From: Candidatus Eiseniibacteriota bacterium
Lineage (GTDB): Bacteria; Eisenbacteria; RBG-16-71-46
Direction of reading: 5' to 3'
DNA: 64,000 bases
NCBI GenBank assembly: GCA_963725865.1
Contig: CAVSAC010000010.1
Location: forward strand, 160,001 to 224,000
The translations under genes and the position numbers were made by a program. The notes under the pieces are model-generated. The model searched no databases, had not been told where the DNA came from, and saw only the letters and a program-made list of their open reading frames with translations. Below, piece after piece: positions 28,256 through 38,002 of this stretch (the stretch's first letter is position 1; each line of letters begins with the position of its first letter).

Positions 28256-30476
28256 CGTCGCCTCCCGACAGGAACCGCCCCATCACCTTCTTGATCTGGG
28301 TGCCGAAGCGCACCGTGTACTTCATGTCGCCGCCGAGCGGCTCGGCCTCGAGGACCACGCCGCGCCCGAACTGCTCGTGCCACACCGCGCGGCCCACCGC
28401 GCGGTGCCGCACTCCCCCACGCCGCAGCGCCGCTTCCGGCACCCGCCACGCCGGCACGTCCTCGTGCACCTCCGCCGGCGCGTCGTCGTCCCGGTCGTGG
28501 CGGCGCACCGGCCGCTCGGCGCGGCCCGCAGCCCCGCCCCAACCCGCCGCCACCGGCTCCTCGCGCTCCAGCACGTCGCGCGGGATCTCGTCCACGAAAC
28601 GCGACACCGCGCCGCCGCCCGCGCCGTCGAAGCGGCGGCGGAACGCGGCGGCGGTCAGCAGCACCGCGTCCCGGGCGCGGGTGATCGCCACGTAGAACAG
28701 CCGCCGCTCTTCCTCCAGCTCGGCGCGGTCGTCGAGCGCGGAGGCGTGCGGGAGCAGCCCCTCCTCGAGACCCGCCACCACCACCACGGGGAACTCGAGC
28801 CCCTTGGCGTTGTGCGCGGTCAGCAGCAGCACGCGGTCGGTGCCCTCCTCGAGCCGGTCGGCGTCCGTCACCAGCGCGGTCTCGGCGAGGAACTCCACCA
28901 GGCCACCGCCCCCCGCCTGCTCGTGGAACGCCTGCGCGCCCGCCACCAGCTCCTCGACGTTCGCGCGCCGTTCGTCCGCGCCCTCGCCGGCCTCCGCGCT
29001 CAGATGGGCTCCGTACTGCGTGCGCTCGAGCAGCGCGAGCAGCAGCGCGTCCGTCGGCTCCTCGCGCCGCGCCGCCAGCTCGTCGAGCAACGCCAGCAGA
29101 CCCTCGGCGCCCACCTTCGCCGTGCGGTTGAGCCCGCCCTCGGCGACCACCGCGCGCAGTCCGTCCACCGCGGTGCCGCCCGCGCGCAGGCGCTCCTCGA
29201 TGCGCGCCCGCACCGCGTCGCCGAGCCCGCGTCGCGGGGTGTTCCACACCCGCCAGAACGACACCGTGTCGGCCGGGTTCACCACCAGCCGCAGGTAGGC
29301 GATCAGATCCTTGACCTCGCGCCGCTGGTAGAACGCGACTCCGCCCACGATCTGGTAGGCCATCAGCCGCTGGCGCAGCTCGGTCTCGATCGCGCGCGAC
29401 TGCGCATTGGTGCGATAGAGCACAGCGCAGTCGGCGAGCCGGCGGCCCTGGCGCACCTGGTCCTCGAGGAAGCCGCGCACGCGGCGCGCCTCGTCGACCT
29501 CGTCGCCCGCCAGCACGAAGCGCAGCAGCGCGCCCTCCTCGCGATCGCACCACAGGGTCTTGCCCTTGCGGTCGCGGTTGTGCTCGATCACCGCGTTCGC
29601 CGCGCGCAGGATGCGCCCGGTCGAGCGGTAGTTCTGCTCCAGCCGCACGACCGCGGCACCCGGGAACGTGGTCTCGAAGTCGAGCACGTTCGACAGGTCG
29701 GCGCCGCGCCAGCCGTAGATGGACTGGTCGTCGTCGCCGACCACGAACAGGTTCTTGTGGTGACCCGACAGCAACGCCACCAACCGGAACTGTGCGTGGT
29801 TGGTGTCCTGGTACTCGTCGACCAGCACGTGCTGGAAGCGCCGCGCCCACCGCGCGCCCGCTTCCGGGTGGTCGCGCAGCAGGCGCACGGTCTCGGCGAT
29901 CAGGTCGTCGAAGTCGAGCGCCTGGCGCGCGCGCAGCGCGTCGCGGTAGCCGGCGTAGGCCTCGGCGATCTGCTTCTCGTAGGGCGTCACCGCCGCCGCC
30001 GCGGCCTCCTCGGGGGTGACGAGCGCGTTCTTCGCGTCCGAGATGCGCCCCAGCACGAGCGACGGCTTGTACGCCGTCTCGGAGAGCTGGAGGCGCTTGA
30101 GCACCTCGCGGAGCGTGGTCTCCTGGTCGTCGCGGTCGTAGATCGTGAAGTCGCGCGCCAGCCCCAGCACCGCGCCGTCGCGGCGCAGGATGCGGACCGC
30201 GGTGGCGTGAAACGTGCCCACCCACAGGCGCCGCGCCACCTCGCCCACCTCGCGCTCGATCCGCTCGCGCATCTCGCGCGCGGCGCGATTGGTGAACGTG
30301 AACGCGAGGATCCCCTCGGGCGGCACGCGCAGCGACAGCAGGCGCGCGATGCGCGCGGTCAGCACGCGGGTCTTGCCGCTGCCGGCGCCGGCCACCACCA
30401 GCAGCGGCCCTCCCGGGTGCTCGACGGCCGCGCGCTGCGCGGGATTCAGGCTGAGCGAGCTGTCCAGGGTCGCCAT
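28236..30476 (-). CDS. pcrA: ATP-dependent DNA helicase PcrA/UvrD
   Basis: AGAGSGKT, FTNRAA, VDEYQD, GDDDQSIY, LEQNYRS, KGLEF and EERRLFYV motifs; Tudor-like C-terminus. Confidence 0.96.
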   Translation of the reverse strand: MATLDSSLSLNPAQRAAVEHPGGPLLVVAGAGSGKTRVLTARIARLLSLRVPPEGILAFTFTNRAAREMRERIEREVGEVARRLWVGTFHATAVRILRRDGAVLGLARDFTIYDRDDQETTLREVLKRLQLSETAYKPSLVLGRISDAKNALVTPEEAAAAAVTPYEKQIAEAYAGYRDALRARQALDFDDLIAETVRLLRDHPEAGARWARRFQHVLVDEYQDTNHAQFRLVALLSGHHKNLFVVGDDDQSIYGWRGADLSNVLDFETTFPGAAVVRLEQNYRSTGRILRAANAVIEHNRDRKGKTLWCDREEGALLRFVLAGDEVDEARRVRGFLEDQVRQGRRLADCAVLYRTNAQSRAIETELRQRLMAYQIVGGVAFYQRREVKDLIAYLRLVVNPADTVSFWRVWNTPRRGLGDAVRARIEERLRAGGTAVDGLRAVVAEGGLNRTAKVGAEGLLALLDELAARREEPTDALLLALLERTQYGAHLSAEAGEGADERRANVEELVAGAQAFHEQAGGGGLVEFLAETALVTDADRLEEGTDRVLLLTAHNAKGLEFPVVVVAGLEEGLLPHASALDDRAELEEERRLFYVAITRARDAVLLTAAAFRRRFDGAGGGAVSRFVDEIPRDVLEREEPVAAGWGGAAGRAERPVRRHDRDDDAPAEVHEDVPAWRVPEAALRRGGVRHRAVGRAVWHEQFGRGVVLEAEPLGGDMKYTVRFGTQIKKVMGRFLSGGDDGDHAL

Positions 30477-30510
30477 CCTCGGATGGAGTCGGTCACGCTG
30501 CGGGTGGCGC

Positions 30511-30540
30511 AATCTAACGGAAAGCCCGCGCGAGCGTCCA
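30511..30540 (-). promoter_or_regulatory. Sigma70-type promoter of pcrA-gatCAB
   Basis: TGGACG-N18-TAGATT. Confidence 0.5.
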
Positions 30541-30637
30541 CCCTCGCGCGGGCCCGGGCGGGAGCGGCGTACCGCTCGTCGCCCCGTCGTGCTCCCTGGC
30601 GGCGCCGGCCGCCCGCCGCACTCGCTCGGCGGCCGCC

Positions 30638-33600
30638 TCAGAACTCCGGACCGAGGCTGAAGTGCCAGCGCGGGCGGCTCACGTCGGCGAAGTCGGTCGC
30701 CCACGCGGCGTCGAGCTTGAGGATGATCCAGCCGAGCGCGGTGCGGATGCCGGTGCCGAAGCCGAACTTGGGATCGCGCAGCCGCCGCGTGCCGTCCACC
30801 ACGTGCGTCAGCGCCACGGTCTGGCCCTCGTCCCACACCACGCCGCCGTCCGCGAACAGCGCGCCGCGCAGGTTGAGCAGTCCGAGCGGCAGCGGACCGA
30901 CCAGGCCGAGCTGCTGGATGAATGGGAACCTCAGCTCGACGTTCGCGAGCGCCACCCGCGAGCCGAGCATGTCGAAGTCGGAGAATCCGCGCAGCGTCGA
31001 GTACCCGCCGACCCGGAACGTCTGCGGATCGGCGCCGCCGCTCCAGCCGGTCAGGGCGCGAGTCGCGAACGTGTAGCCGTGCGTGAGGTCCCAGTAGCGC
31101 CGGGCGTCGAACGTGACCGTGTGATAGCCCAGCCCGTTGTGGAACAGCTTGAACGACGGGCTGTAGGTCAGGTTGTAGCGCCCGCCGTTCACGGGCCCGT
31201 ACCACCCGAACAGCGAGTTGTCGCCCACCAGCGACACCGAGGGCGAGGTGATCGAACGGAACTCCCGACCGGTCTCGAAGAAGTCGCCGAACACATCCTG
31301 CTCGAAGAACGTCCGCTCCACGAACATCTGCGTCACGCCGAACTCGACGCGGCGGAAGCGGTCGAACGGATACGCGGTGTTGACCAGCGCGCCGAAGTTG
31401 CGCTCCGAGAACAGGCGCGGCGCGCCGAGGAACTCGCCGAACGTCGTCACGCGCGAGGAGAAGTAGTTCTTGAAGTGGAACACGCCGCCACTCACGTCCC
31501 AGCGCCTCGGCAGGTAGCTGTAGATCGCCAGCGCGTTGGTCTCGTCGAGCGAGGCGCTGAAGACGTCGGTCGCCACGAACAGGTTGTGGTTGCCGAGGAA
31601 GTCGCTGAACTGCAACTGGGTGCTGCCGACGAAGCCGAAGCCGGTCGAGGCGTAGAAGCCGCCGCCGGCGTAGTCGGGCGCCAGCCGCACGCGGTACGGC
31701 GCCGGCCGCTGGCCGAGCACGGTGTCCGCGAGCGCGAACGGGCCCCCATCGTCCTTGAGCGGCGTGCGCGGCACCGACGGCACCGCCAGCAGGCTGTCGT
31801 TGCGCGTCGGCGGCGGCCCCTGCCACTCTTCGCGGCGCCGGCCCCAGCGGTTCTCGTCGTAGCCCGGGGGCTCGCCGGGCAACCGTCCGATCGCCGCGGT
31901 GTCGGGCCGCGCGGCCAGCGGACCCATCCCGTGGCGGCCGTGCGCGGCCGAGGTGTCGGCCTTCACGTTGACGCTGTCGGGCCACACCTCGGCGAGCGCT
32001 CCGAAGTTCGGCGGCACGCTGACGCGCTGTTCGCCGGGCTGGCGTGCCTGCGCGAGCGTGAGCACCGACTGCGGGCGCTCGCGCTGCAGGCGGGCGAGCG
32101 TGCCGTCGAGCGAGATCGGCTCGGTGACGGCGAACACGTCGAAGCCGCCTCGATTGAACGCCGAGAACACCAGCCGGTCGCCCTGGCGCGACCACGACAG
32201 GCTCGAGATCCCGCCGGTCACGTCGGTCAGCCGGGTGAACACCGAGTCCCCGACCGAGAACAGCATCATGTTGGGGGTGCCGTCACGGTCGGCGATGAAC
32301 GCGAGCCGCCGGCCGTCCGGCGACCAGGCCGGCGAGTGGTCGTCGCCCCACGTGTCGAGCAGCTCGCTCGCGGCGCCGGTGGCGAGATCGAGGTTCCAGA
32401 TTCCGTAGCGTCCGAATCCCTCCTGGAGCCGCCCGGGGTGGAGCACCACCGGCGTGCCGCGATCCGAGGAGAACGTCACGACGCGGCCATCGGGCGTCCA
32501 GCACGGCTCCTTCTCGTCCCAGGTGTCGTCCGTCAGCCGGCTCACCGCCCCGGTGCGCGCGTGCACCATCCACAGATCGGAGCGCCCGTCCTTCACCCCC
32601 ACCACCACGATCGAGTCCGCGACCGGCGACCACGCGGGGAAGTAGAGCGCCTCGCACGGCAACGTGAGGCGCCGCTCCACGTGGCCGTTGCCGGCGTCCA
32701 CGATGTACAGCACGTCGCGCCCCGCGCTCTTGGCGGTGAGCGCCACGTGCCGGCCGTCCGGGGACCAGGTGAGCGAGCTGCGGAACGACGGGATGCCCTC
32801 GAACTGCACGTTGCGCTCGCCGCGGATCAGCCGGCGCAGCACCTTCCCGTCGAACGCCGACATCACGTAGACGTCGGTGTACTGGCGGCGGTCGGTGAAG
32901 TACACGATCCGATCGCCCTGCGGGGACACCGCGGGCGAGGTGTTCAGGTTGCTCTCGTCGCGGCGGTGGTCGGTGAGCCGGCGGGCGAACTCCTCGGGCT
33001 CCTGCTTGTGCGCGATGGTCGGCCAGTACTGCTTCTTGAGCCACTCCCGCCACTGCTCGTCGAACTTCGACACCGGCATCCCGACCGCGCGCTCGAACGC
33101 GCGGTCGAAGTTGCGGCTCTGACGCATCCGCTGGAGCACGTCGCGCAGCCGCTCTTCGCCGAAGCGGTCCACCAGGTAGGTGAGCGCCGATTGCCCCTGC
33201 TTGTAGACGATGTACCCGCCCGAGTACTCGAGCGGCGGCAGGTAGCCCTCGATGGTGCCGTCGCGCAGGAACATCTCGGCGTTGGACTCCATGCCGAGCG
33301 AGCAGTACTCCGCCAGCCCCTCCGCGAACCACAGCGGGACCTGGAACAGGCTCTGGCGCGCCAGGAACGACGCGGCCGAGCCACCGTAGAGCATGTCGAA
33401 CATGGTGGCGTGCGTGAGCTCGTGCACCACGACGTGGCGCAGGTCTTCGTACGAGCCTGTGAACGGCAGCACCACCCGGTTGCGCAGCGCCTCGGTGAAG
33501 CCGCCGGTGCCGGCGTCGATCAGCTCCGGCGTGACGTTGGTCTGCGCGAAGTCGTTGTGCGAGCCGTAGAGGATGATCGGGACCCGGTGCTCGATCGAGT

Positions 33601-33838
33601 GCCCCATGCGCACCGCGAGCATCGCCTGGGTCTTCTCCGCCAGGTCGAGCACCCGCATCGCGAGGCTGTCGAGTCCCTCGTAGTAGTAGACCTCGAAGTG
33701 GTCCGAGGACAGCGAGTGCCAGGTGTACTGCCGGTACTGGACCTTGTTCTGGCCGAAATACTGGGCGGCCGCCGGACGCGGCATCGCCGCGGCCGCCAAC
33801 GACACGACCACTCCCAGGAGGACCATCCGCATCCGCAT
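30638..33838 (-). CDS. Outer-membrane protein: gluzincin-type metallopeptidase domain, TolB/PD40 beta-propeller and Omp85 (BamA/TamA) barrel
   Basis: Signal peptide; HELTH...WFAEGLAEY; repeated WSPDG; LRGF, ELRFP and terminal F of Omp85 barrels. Confidence 0.88.
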   Translation of the reverse strand: MRMRMVLLGVVVSLAAAAMPRPAAAQYFGQNKVQYRQYTWHSLSSDHFEVYYYEGLDSLAMRVLDLAEKTQAMLAVRMGHSIEHRVPIILYGSHNDFAQTNVTPELIDAGTGGFTEALRNRVVLPFTGSYEDLRHVVVHELTHATMFDMLYGGSAASFLARQSLFQVPLWFAEGLAEYCSLGMESNAEMFLRDGTIEGYLPPLEYSGGYIVYKQGQSALTYLVDRFGEERLRDVLQRMRQSRNFDRAFERAVGMPVSKFDEQWREWLKKQYWPTIAHKQEPEEFARRLTDHRRDESNLNTSPAVSPQGDRIVYFTDRRQYTDVYVMSAFDGKVLRRLIRGERNVQFEGIPSFRSSLTWSPDGRHVALTAKSAGRDVLYIVDAGNGHVERRLTLPCEALYFPAWSPVADSIVVVGVKDGRSDLWMVHARTGAVSRLTDDTWDEKEPCWTPDGRVVTFSSDRGTPVVLHPGRLQEGFGRYGIWNLDLATGAASELLDTWGDDHSPAWSPDGRRLAFIADRDGTPNMMLFSVGDSVFTRLTDVTGGISSLSWSRQGDRLVFSAFNRGGFDVFAVTEPISLDGTLARLQRERPQSVLTLAQARQPGEQRVSVPPNFGALAEVWPDSVNVKADTSAAHGRHGMGPLAARPDTAAIGRLPGEPPGYDENRWGRRREEWQGPPPTRNDSLLAVPSVPRTPLKDDGGPFALADTVLGQRPAPYRVRLAPDYAGGGFYASTGFGFVGSTQLQFSDFLGNHNLFVATDVFSASLDETNALAIYSYLPRRWDVSGGVFHFKNYFSSRVTTFGEFLGAPRLFSERNFGALVNTAYPFDRFRRVEFGVTQMFVERTFFEQDVFGDFFETGREFRSITSPSVSLVGDNSLFGWYGPVNGGRYNLTYSPSFKLFHNGLGYHTVTFDARRYWDLTHGYTFATRALTGWSGGADPQTFRVGGYSTLRGFSDFDMLGSRVALANVELRFPFIQQLGLVGPLPLGLLNLRGALFADGGVVWDEGQTVALTHVVDGTRRLRDPKFGFGTGIRTALGWIILKLDAAWATDFADVSRPRWHFSLGPEF

Positions 33839-33926
33839 GCACTCGTCCTTTCGCTCGTCCGCCCGGTCGCGGCCTGATCGTCGCCTACCCTAACATCCTT
33901 CCCGACGCGGAAGGTCCCGGAACGGT

Positions 33927-36900
33927 TCAGTATTCCCAGCGCGCCTTCAGGTTGACGTTGAGGTCGGTGTTGCCGGTCCCGCCCAGCGTGGTGGTGCCCC
34001 CGAGCCCCGGACGCCGTGTCACGTATTCGGTGGTCACGTAGAAGAAACGATTGAGGCGGTACTCCGCCTCGAGGTTGCGCTCGAACAGGTCGTCCGTGGC
34101 GCCGGTGATCGGGCGCGCCTCGCCGCCCGTCCCCCCCAGCCGGCGCTGGATCCGCACCGACAGGTTGCGCCCCAGCGGCACGCCGACCGTGGCGACCAGG
34201 TCGCCGGCCCCGGTGAACAGCCCGCCGCGCTCGCGCTCGAGCGCCCACTCGCTCACGTAGCCCTGGAACAGCCGCGACATCTCCGCCGACAGGGTGCGGT
34301 TGAGCGCCCGCGTCACGTAGTTGTCGAGCGGGTTGTTCTCGAACGCGGTCGGTCCCACCACCGTCCCGAGCGTGAGCTCGCGCAGGATCCGGGGCTGGTC
34401 CCAGGTCAGCTGGTCGTCGGCGAGCGTGATCGTCGGCTTGCTGGAGCGGCCGATGATCGCCGCGGTGATCGTGTGAGTCCGGGCGCGCTCGTTGACACTC
34501 CCCGTCAGGCCGGCCTCGATGGCGCCCGCGATCCGCGTGGTCGCCTCGACGTCCAGCAGCGGGTCCACGCCCGCGACGTTGTCGAACGTGAGGTCCGCGC
34601 GGTCGACGCTGAAGCGGTTCGAGAGGAACCAATAGGTCCCGCGCAGCGAGTGCATCTCGCCGAACACCAGCAGCGAGTCGACGGTCTGCTCGACCGTGAG
34701 GTCGGCGCTGAACTCGATGTCGCCGTTCGGCGGCTGCCAGTGCAGGTTGTCGCTCGCGTCGAGCTGCACGCGGTACACCCAGAACAGCGGCTGGGTGGTG
34801 GCGGCGAGCCGCTGCATCTCGGACTGGTTCGCGAAGTCGAACAGGATCGCGGCGCGCTCGAGGTGCACGGTGCCCACCACCATCGGGAGCGTCTGGCCGT
34901 GCACCCGCGGGCCGTTCGTCACCACGAAGCCGCCGTCGAACGCGGCCGCGTAAAGCCCCTGCTCCACCGCGGTGAAGTCGCGCAGGAGGAGGTCGAAACG
35001 GTAGCTCTGCATCGTCAGCCCGTGCAGCTCGACCGCGCCGCGGCCGGTCACCCGGCCACGGACGCCCTCGCTCGCCTGCAGCGTGTCCAGCGTGACGCGC
35101 GACTCGCTGAAGCGCAGATTGGCGCTCAGCTTCTCGAGGACCTCCTCGCGACCCTCCAGCCGCAGGGCGGCGTCGCGGATGTGGGCGAAGCCATCCAGGC
35201 GCGGATGGCGCGCGGTGCCGCCGACCGTGGCGCGCGCATCGAAGTGGCCGCTCGCGGAGGCGATCTGCGGCACGAACAGCGGCAACAGGCCGAGGTCCCC
35301 GGCCGGGATGTCGAACTTCCAGTCCATCGCGTCCTCGGGCACCACCGGCGTCGTGCCGAGCGCGAGCCTCAACGGCATCGATCCGCTCGCCTCGGAGGTC
35401 AGCGTGCGATGCAGCATGCGGACGGAACGGACCGTGAGCCGCCCGTCGCCGTAGGCCGCCTCGGCGGTCATCGCCTCCGCGACGAAGTCGCGCCAGCGCG
35501 GGGCGGCCATCGAGCTCTGCAGCGCCAGTTCCGGCCGCGCGGGCGACCCTTTCACTTCGAGCCGCCCGGACAGCGCGCCGGCGAATCCCTGCGCATCGGG
35601 CACGAGCGCCTGCAGCCGGTCGAGCGGCACCGCGTCGGCCTGGAACGAGCCGTCCCAGCGCCGCGCGGTGGCGAGCCAGTGCATCACACCTTCGGCGGTG
35701 AGCGTGTCGGGCCACGGCGCCCGCGTGTCGTCGACCCGCAGCGTGCCCGTCAGCCGGCCCGCGCCGAGCGTGAAGACACCCTCGCGCAGCTCCGCCCGCC
35801 CGGGCGCGCCGGCGAGCGTCACATGCACCGAGTCGGCGGCATGCCCGTGCGTGCCGGGGTGCGCGCAGTCCGCGCTGAACGTCCAGCGGGGATCCCCCGC
35901 GACGCCATGCACGTCCAGCCGCACGTCGGCCCGCCCGCTCACGGCCCACTCGAGCGGCAGGCCGAGGCGGCCCAGCGCCAGATCGTCCCCCCGGAAGGTC
36001 CAGTCGTAGGTGCCGCCCGGGGCCGCCCAGCGCCCGGCGATCTGGAGCCGCGCATCCCCGTCGTGACCCACGAGCCGCTCGAAGTCCACACCATGCGGAT
36101 CGCCCGCGAGCAGCACCTGCGGCTCCGCCACCCAGTCGAACTGCGCGCTGCGCGCGCGCGCGTGGTCGAGCGCGAGCGACCAGTGGGCCTGATCCCAGCG
36201 CGCGTGCCCGTCGGTCGTGACCACCGTGTCGGCCGCCCGCGCCTCGATGCGGTTGAGCGCCACCATCTGGTCGCCGAGCCCGAACGCCACCGCCGCGCTG
36301 TCGAAGTGCACGCCCAGGTACATGACGTCGCGCAGGTGCGCCGTCGCACTCAGCTGCGGGGTCGGCAACAGGCGGCCGTCCACGCCGTCGAGCTGCCAGC
36401 GCGCCGTCTGCATCCCGAGCCAGCTGCTGGTGGTGCCGTCGAGCGCGCCGGTCACGAACATCCCGTCGTGGTCCGCCCGCACCGTTCCGGCACCGGCGTG
36501 GAGCGTACCGCGCAGGCCGGAGGCGCGGCCGTCCGGCCACTCGTCGAGCGGCAGGTCGTGCACCGTGTAGTCGCCGCTCCAGCCCGCGGGATCGGTGTCG
36601 GCGATCAGCCCGAAGCCACCGCCACGGCGCTGGGCGTCGACCTCGAAGTGCACCGGCTTCTGATACGGGAACGCCACCGCCACCGTCGCACTGTCCACGC
36701 GCCAGCCGGCCAGCGTCGAGGCCCCGAGCAGCGCGTCGAGCGTGGAGGACGCGCGGCCGCGAACGCGCGTGTCGACCGCGTAGCGGAAGCGGCCGTGGAG
36801 CTGGCCCGCGGGCCAGCCCGGAATGTGCAGCGGACCCCAGCGCGCCGGATCGCCACGGTCCACGTCGCCGCCGACCGCCCACCCCTGCTTCACGTACGTC

Positions 36901-38000
36901 ACCCAGCCACGCAGCTCGCCCGCCTCCGAGTGGACGGCCAGCGGTTCGACGCGCAGCCGCTCGCCGTCCCACGCCGCCCGGCCCACGCCCTCGGCGGCGA
37001 GCCCGTTCCAATCCAGCCGCGAGCGGAAGTCGCCGCGCCAGGCGCGCTCGCCCCGCGCGTCGACAGTGATCGCGCCCTCGCCCGGCACGTCGAAGGCACC
37101 GTTCTGGAACACGCGGGCCAGCAGGCCCCAGCGCACCCGCTGGACCTCGAGGTGCACGAGCTTCTCGGCGCCCTTGCGGGCCCACGCGGCGTGACCCCGC
37201 AGCGCCAGCTCGGGACTGCGCAGCTCGGCGACGTCCACGCGGACGCTGTCGCCGAACGTGGCGTCGGCGCGCAGCGCCTGGAGCACGGTATGGAACGGCC
37301 CGCGCGTCCACGACAGCCGTCCCAGATGCGCACGGGCCTGGTTCCCGGTGCGCAGATCGAGGTCCAGCTCGAGACCCTCGACCCCCTCGATGCCGCGCGG
37401 CGTCATGACGCGGCCGCGGTGCATCAACACGCGGATGTCGACCGGCTTGCCGGCGGTGCTGCTGGGACCCGAATTCCACTTCGGCAGCCGGATCCGCCCG
37501 TCGGCGCCCTTCGAGAGCCACACCACCGGATCCTCGGCGCGCACCTCCATCGAGCGCTCGCGTCCGGTGAGCAGCGCCCAGGCGGAATAGGTGAGCGTGA
37601 TGCGCTTCGCCTCGAGCAGTGGAGGCAGCTCGGAGCCGCGGAAGCGCACCTTGGGCTCCACCAGCGTCAGCCCGGTGAGCGGATTGCCCCGCATGTCCTT
37701 CAGCTCCAGCACCAGGTCGCTGCGGGTCGCCAGCGCCTGGTTCGTGAACAGGCTCAGCTCCTGTGCGACCCACTCGGTCCGGCGTGCGAGGTAGAGCACC
37801 GTCGTCACGACCGCGATCACGATCACGCCGAGGATCCCGAGTCCGACCAGCCAGCTGATCTTGCCGACCGTCCAGCGCACCGGCTTCGGGACGTGCTCGA
37901 CCACCTCCGCGATCTCCTCGCGGAGCTCCTCGGCGATACCGTGGTGCCCGGTGGGGACCTCGGCCGGGCGTTCGGAGTCGGGATCGCGTGGATCGGTCAT
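33927..38000 (-). CDS. tamB: Translocation and assembly module TamB-like (AsmA/DUF490) protein
   Basis: 1357 aa, N-terminal TM anchor, beta-rich repeats, C-terminal DUF490-like region (GTYWF...DPLLDVEA...EYRLNR...RWEY); downstream of an Omp85 gene. Confidence 0.85.
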   Translation of the reverse strand: MTDPRDPDSERPAEVPTGHHGIAEELREEIAEVVEHVPKPVRWTVGKISWLVGLGILGVIVIAVVTTVLYLARRTEWVAQELSLFTNQALATRSDLVLELKDMRGNPLTGLTLVEPKVRFRGSELPPLLEAKRITLTYSAWALLTGRERSMEVRAEDPVVWLSKGADGRIRLPKWNSGPSSTAGKPVDIRVLMHRGRVMTPRGIEGVEGLELDLDLRTGNQARAHLGRLSWTRGPFHTVLQALRADATFGDSVRVDVAELRSPELALRGHAAWARKGAEKLVHLEVQRVRWGLLARVFQNGAFDVPGEGAITVDARGERAWRGDFRSRLDWNGLAAEGVGRAAWDGERLRVEPLAVHSEAGELRGWVTYVKQGWAVGGDVDRGDPARWGPLHIPGWPAGQLHGRFRYAVDTRVRGRASSTLDALLGASTLAGWRVDSATVAVAFPYQKPVHFEVDAQRRGGGFGLIADTDPAGWSGDYTVHDLPLDEWPDGRASGLRGTLHAGAGTVRADHDGMFVTGALDGTTSSWLGMQTARWQLDGVDGRLLPTPQLSATAHLRDVMYLGVHFDSAAVAFGLGDQMVALNRIEARAADTVVTTDGHARWDQAHWSLALDHARARSAQFDWVAEPQVLLAGDPHGVDFERLVGHDGDARLQIAGRWAAPGGTYDWTFRGDDLALGRLGLPLEWAVSGRADVRLDVHGVAGDPRWTFSADCAHPGTHGHAADSVHVTLAGAPGRAELREGVFTLGAGRLTGTLRVDDTRAPWPDTLTAEGVMHWLATARRWDGSFQADAVPLDRLQALVPDAQGFAGALSGRLEVKGSPARPELALQSSMAAPRWRDFVAEAMTAEAAYGDGRLTVRSVRMLHRTLTSEASGSMPLRLALGTTPVVPEDAMDWKFDIPAGDLGLLPLFVPQIASASGHFDARATVGGTARHPRLDGFAHIRDAALRLEGREEVLEKLSANLRFSESRVTLDTLQASEGVRGRVTGRGAVELHGLTMQSYRFDLLLRDFTAVEQGLYAAAFDGGFVVTNGPRVHGQTLPMVVGTVHLERAAILFDFANQSEMQRLAATTQPLFWVYRVQLDASDNLHWQPPNGDIEFSADLTVEQTVDSLLVFGEMHSLRGTYWFLSNRFSVDRADLTFDNVAGVDPLLDVEATTRIAGAIEAGLTGSVNERARTHTITAAIIGRSSKPTITLADDQLTWDQPRILRELTLGTVVGPTAFENNPLDNYVTRALNRTLSAEMSRLFQGYVSEWALERERGGLFTGAGDLVATVGVPLGRNLSVRIQRRLGGTGGEARPITGATDDLFERNLEAEYRLNRFFYVTTEYVTRRPGLGGTTTLGGTGNTDLNVNLKARWEY

Positions 38001-38002
38001 GG

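Noticed and set aside
28236..32195. Apparent 1319-aa helicase with a long N-terminal extension (similarly the 1327-aa Rel and 826-aa Dtd ORFs)
   Set aside because: The extensions are Arg/Ala-rich alternative frames of upstream genes. Real starts are at 30476, 54431 and 52230, so these are not fusions.
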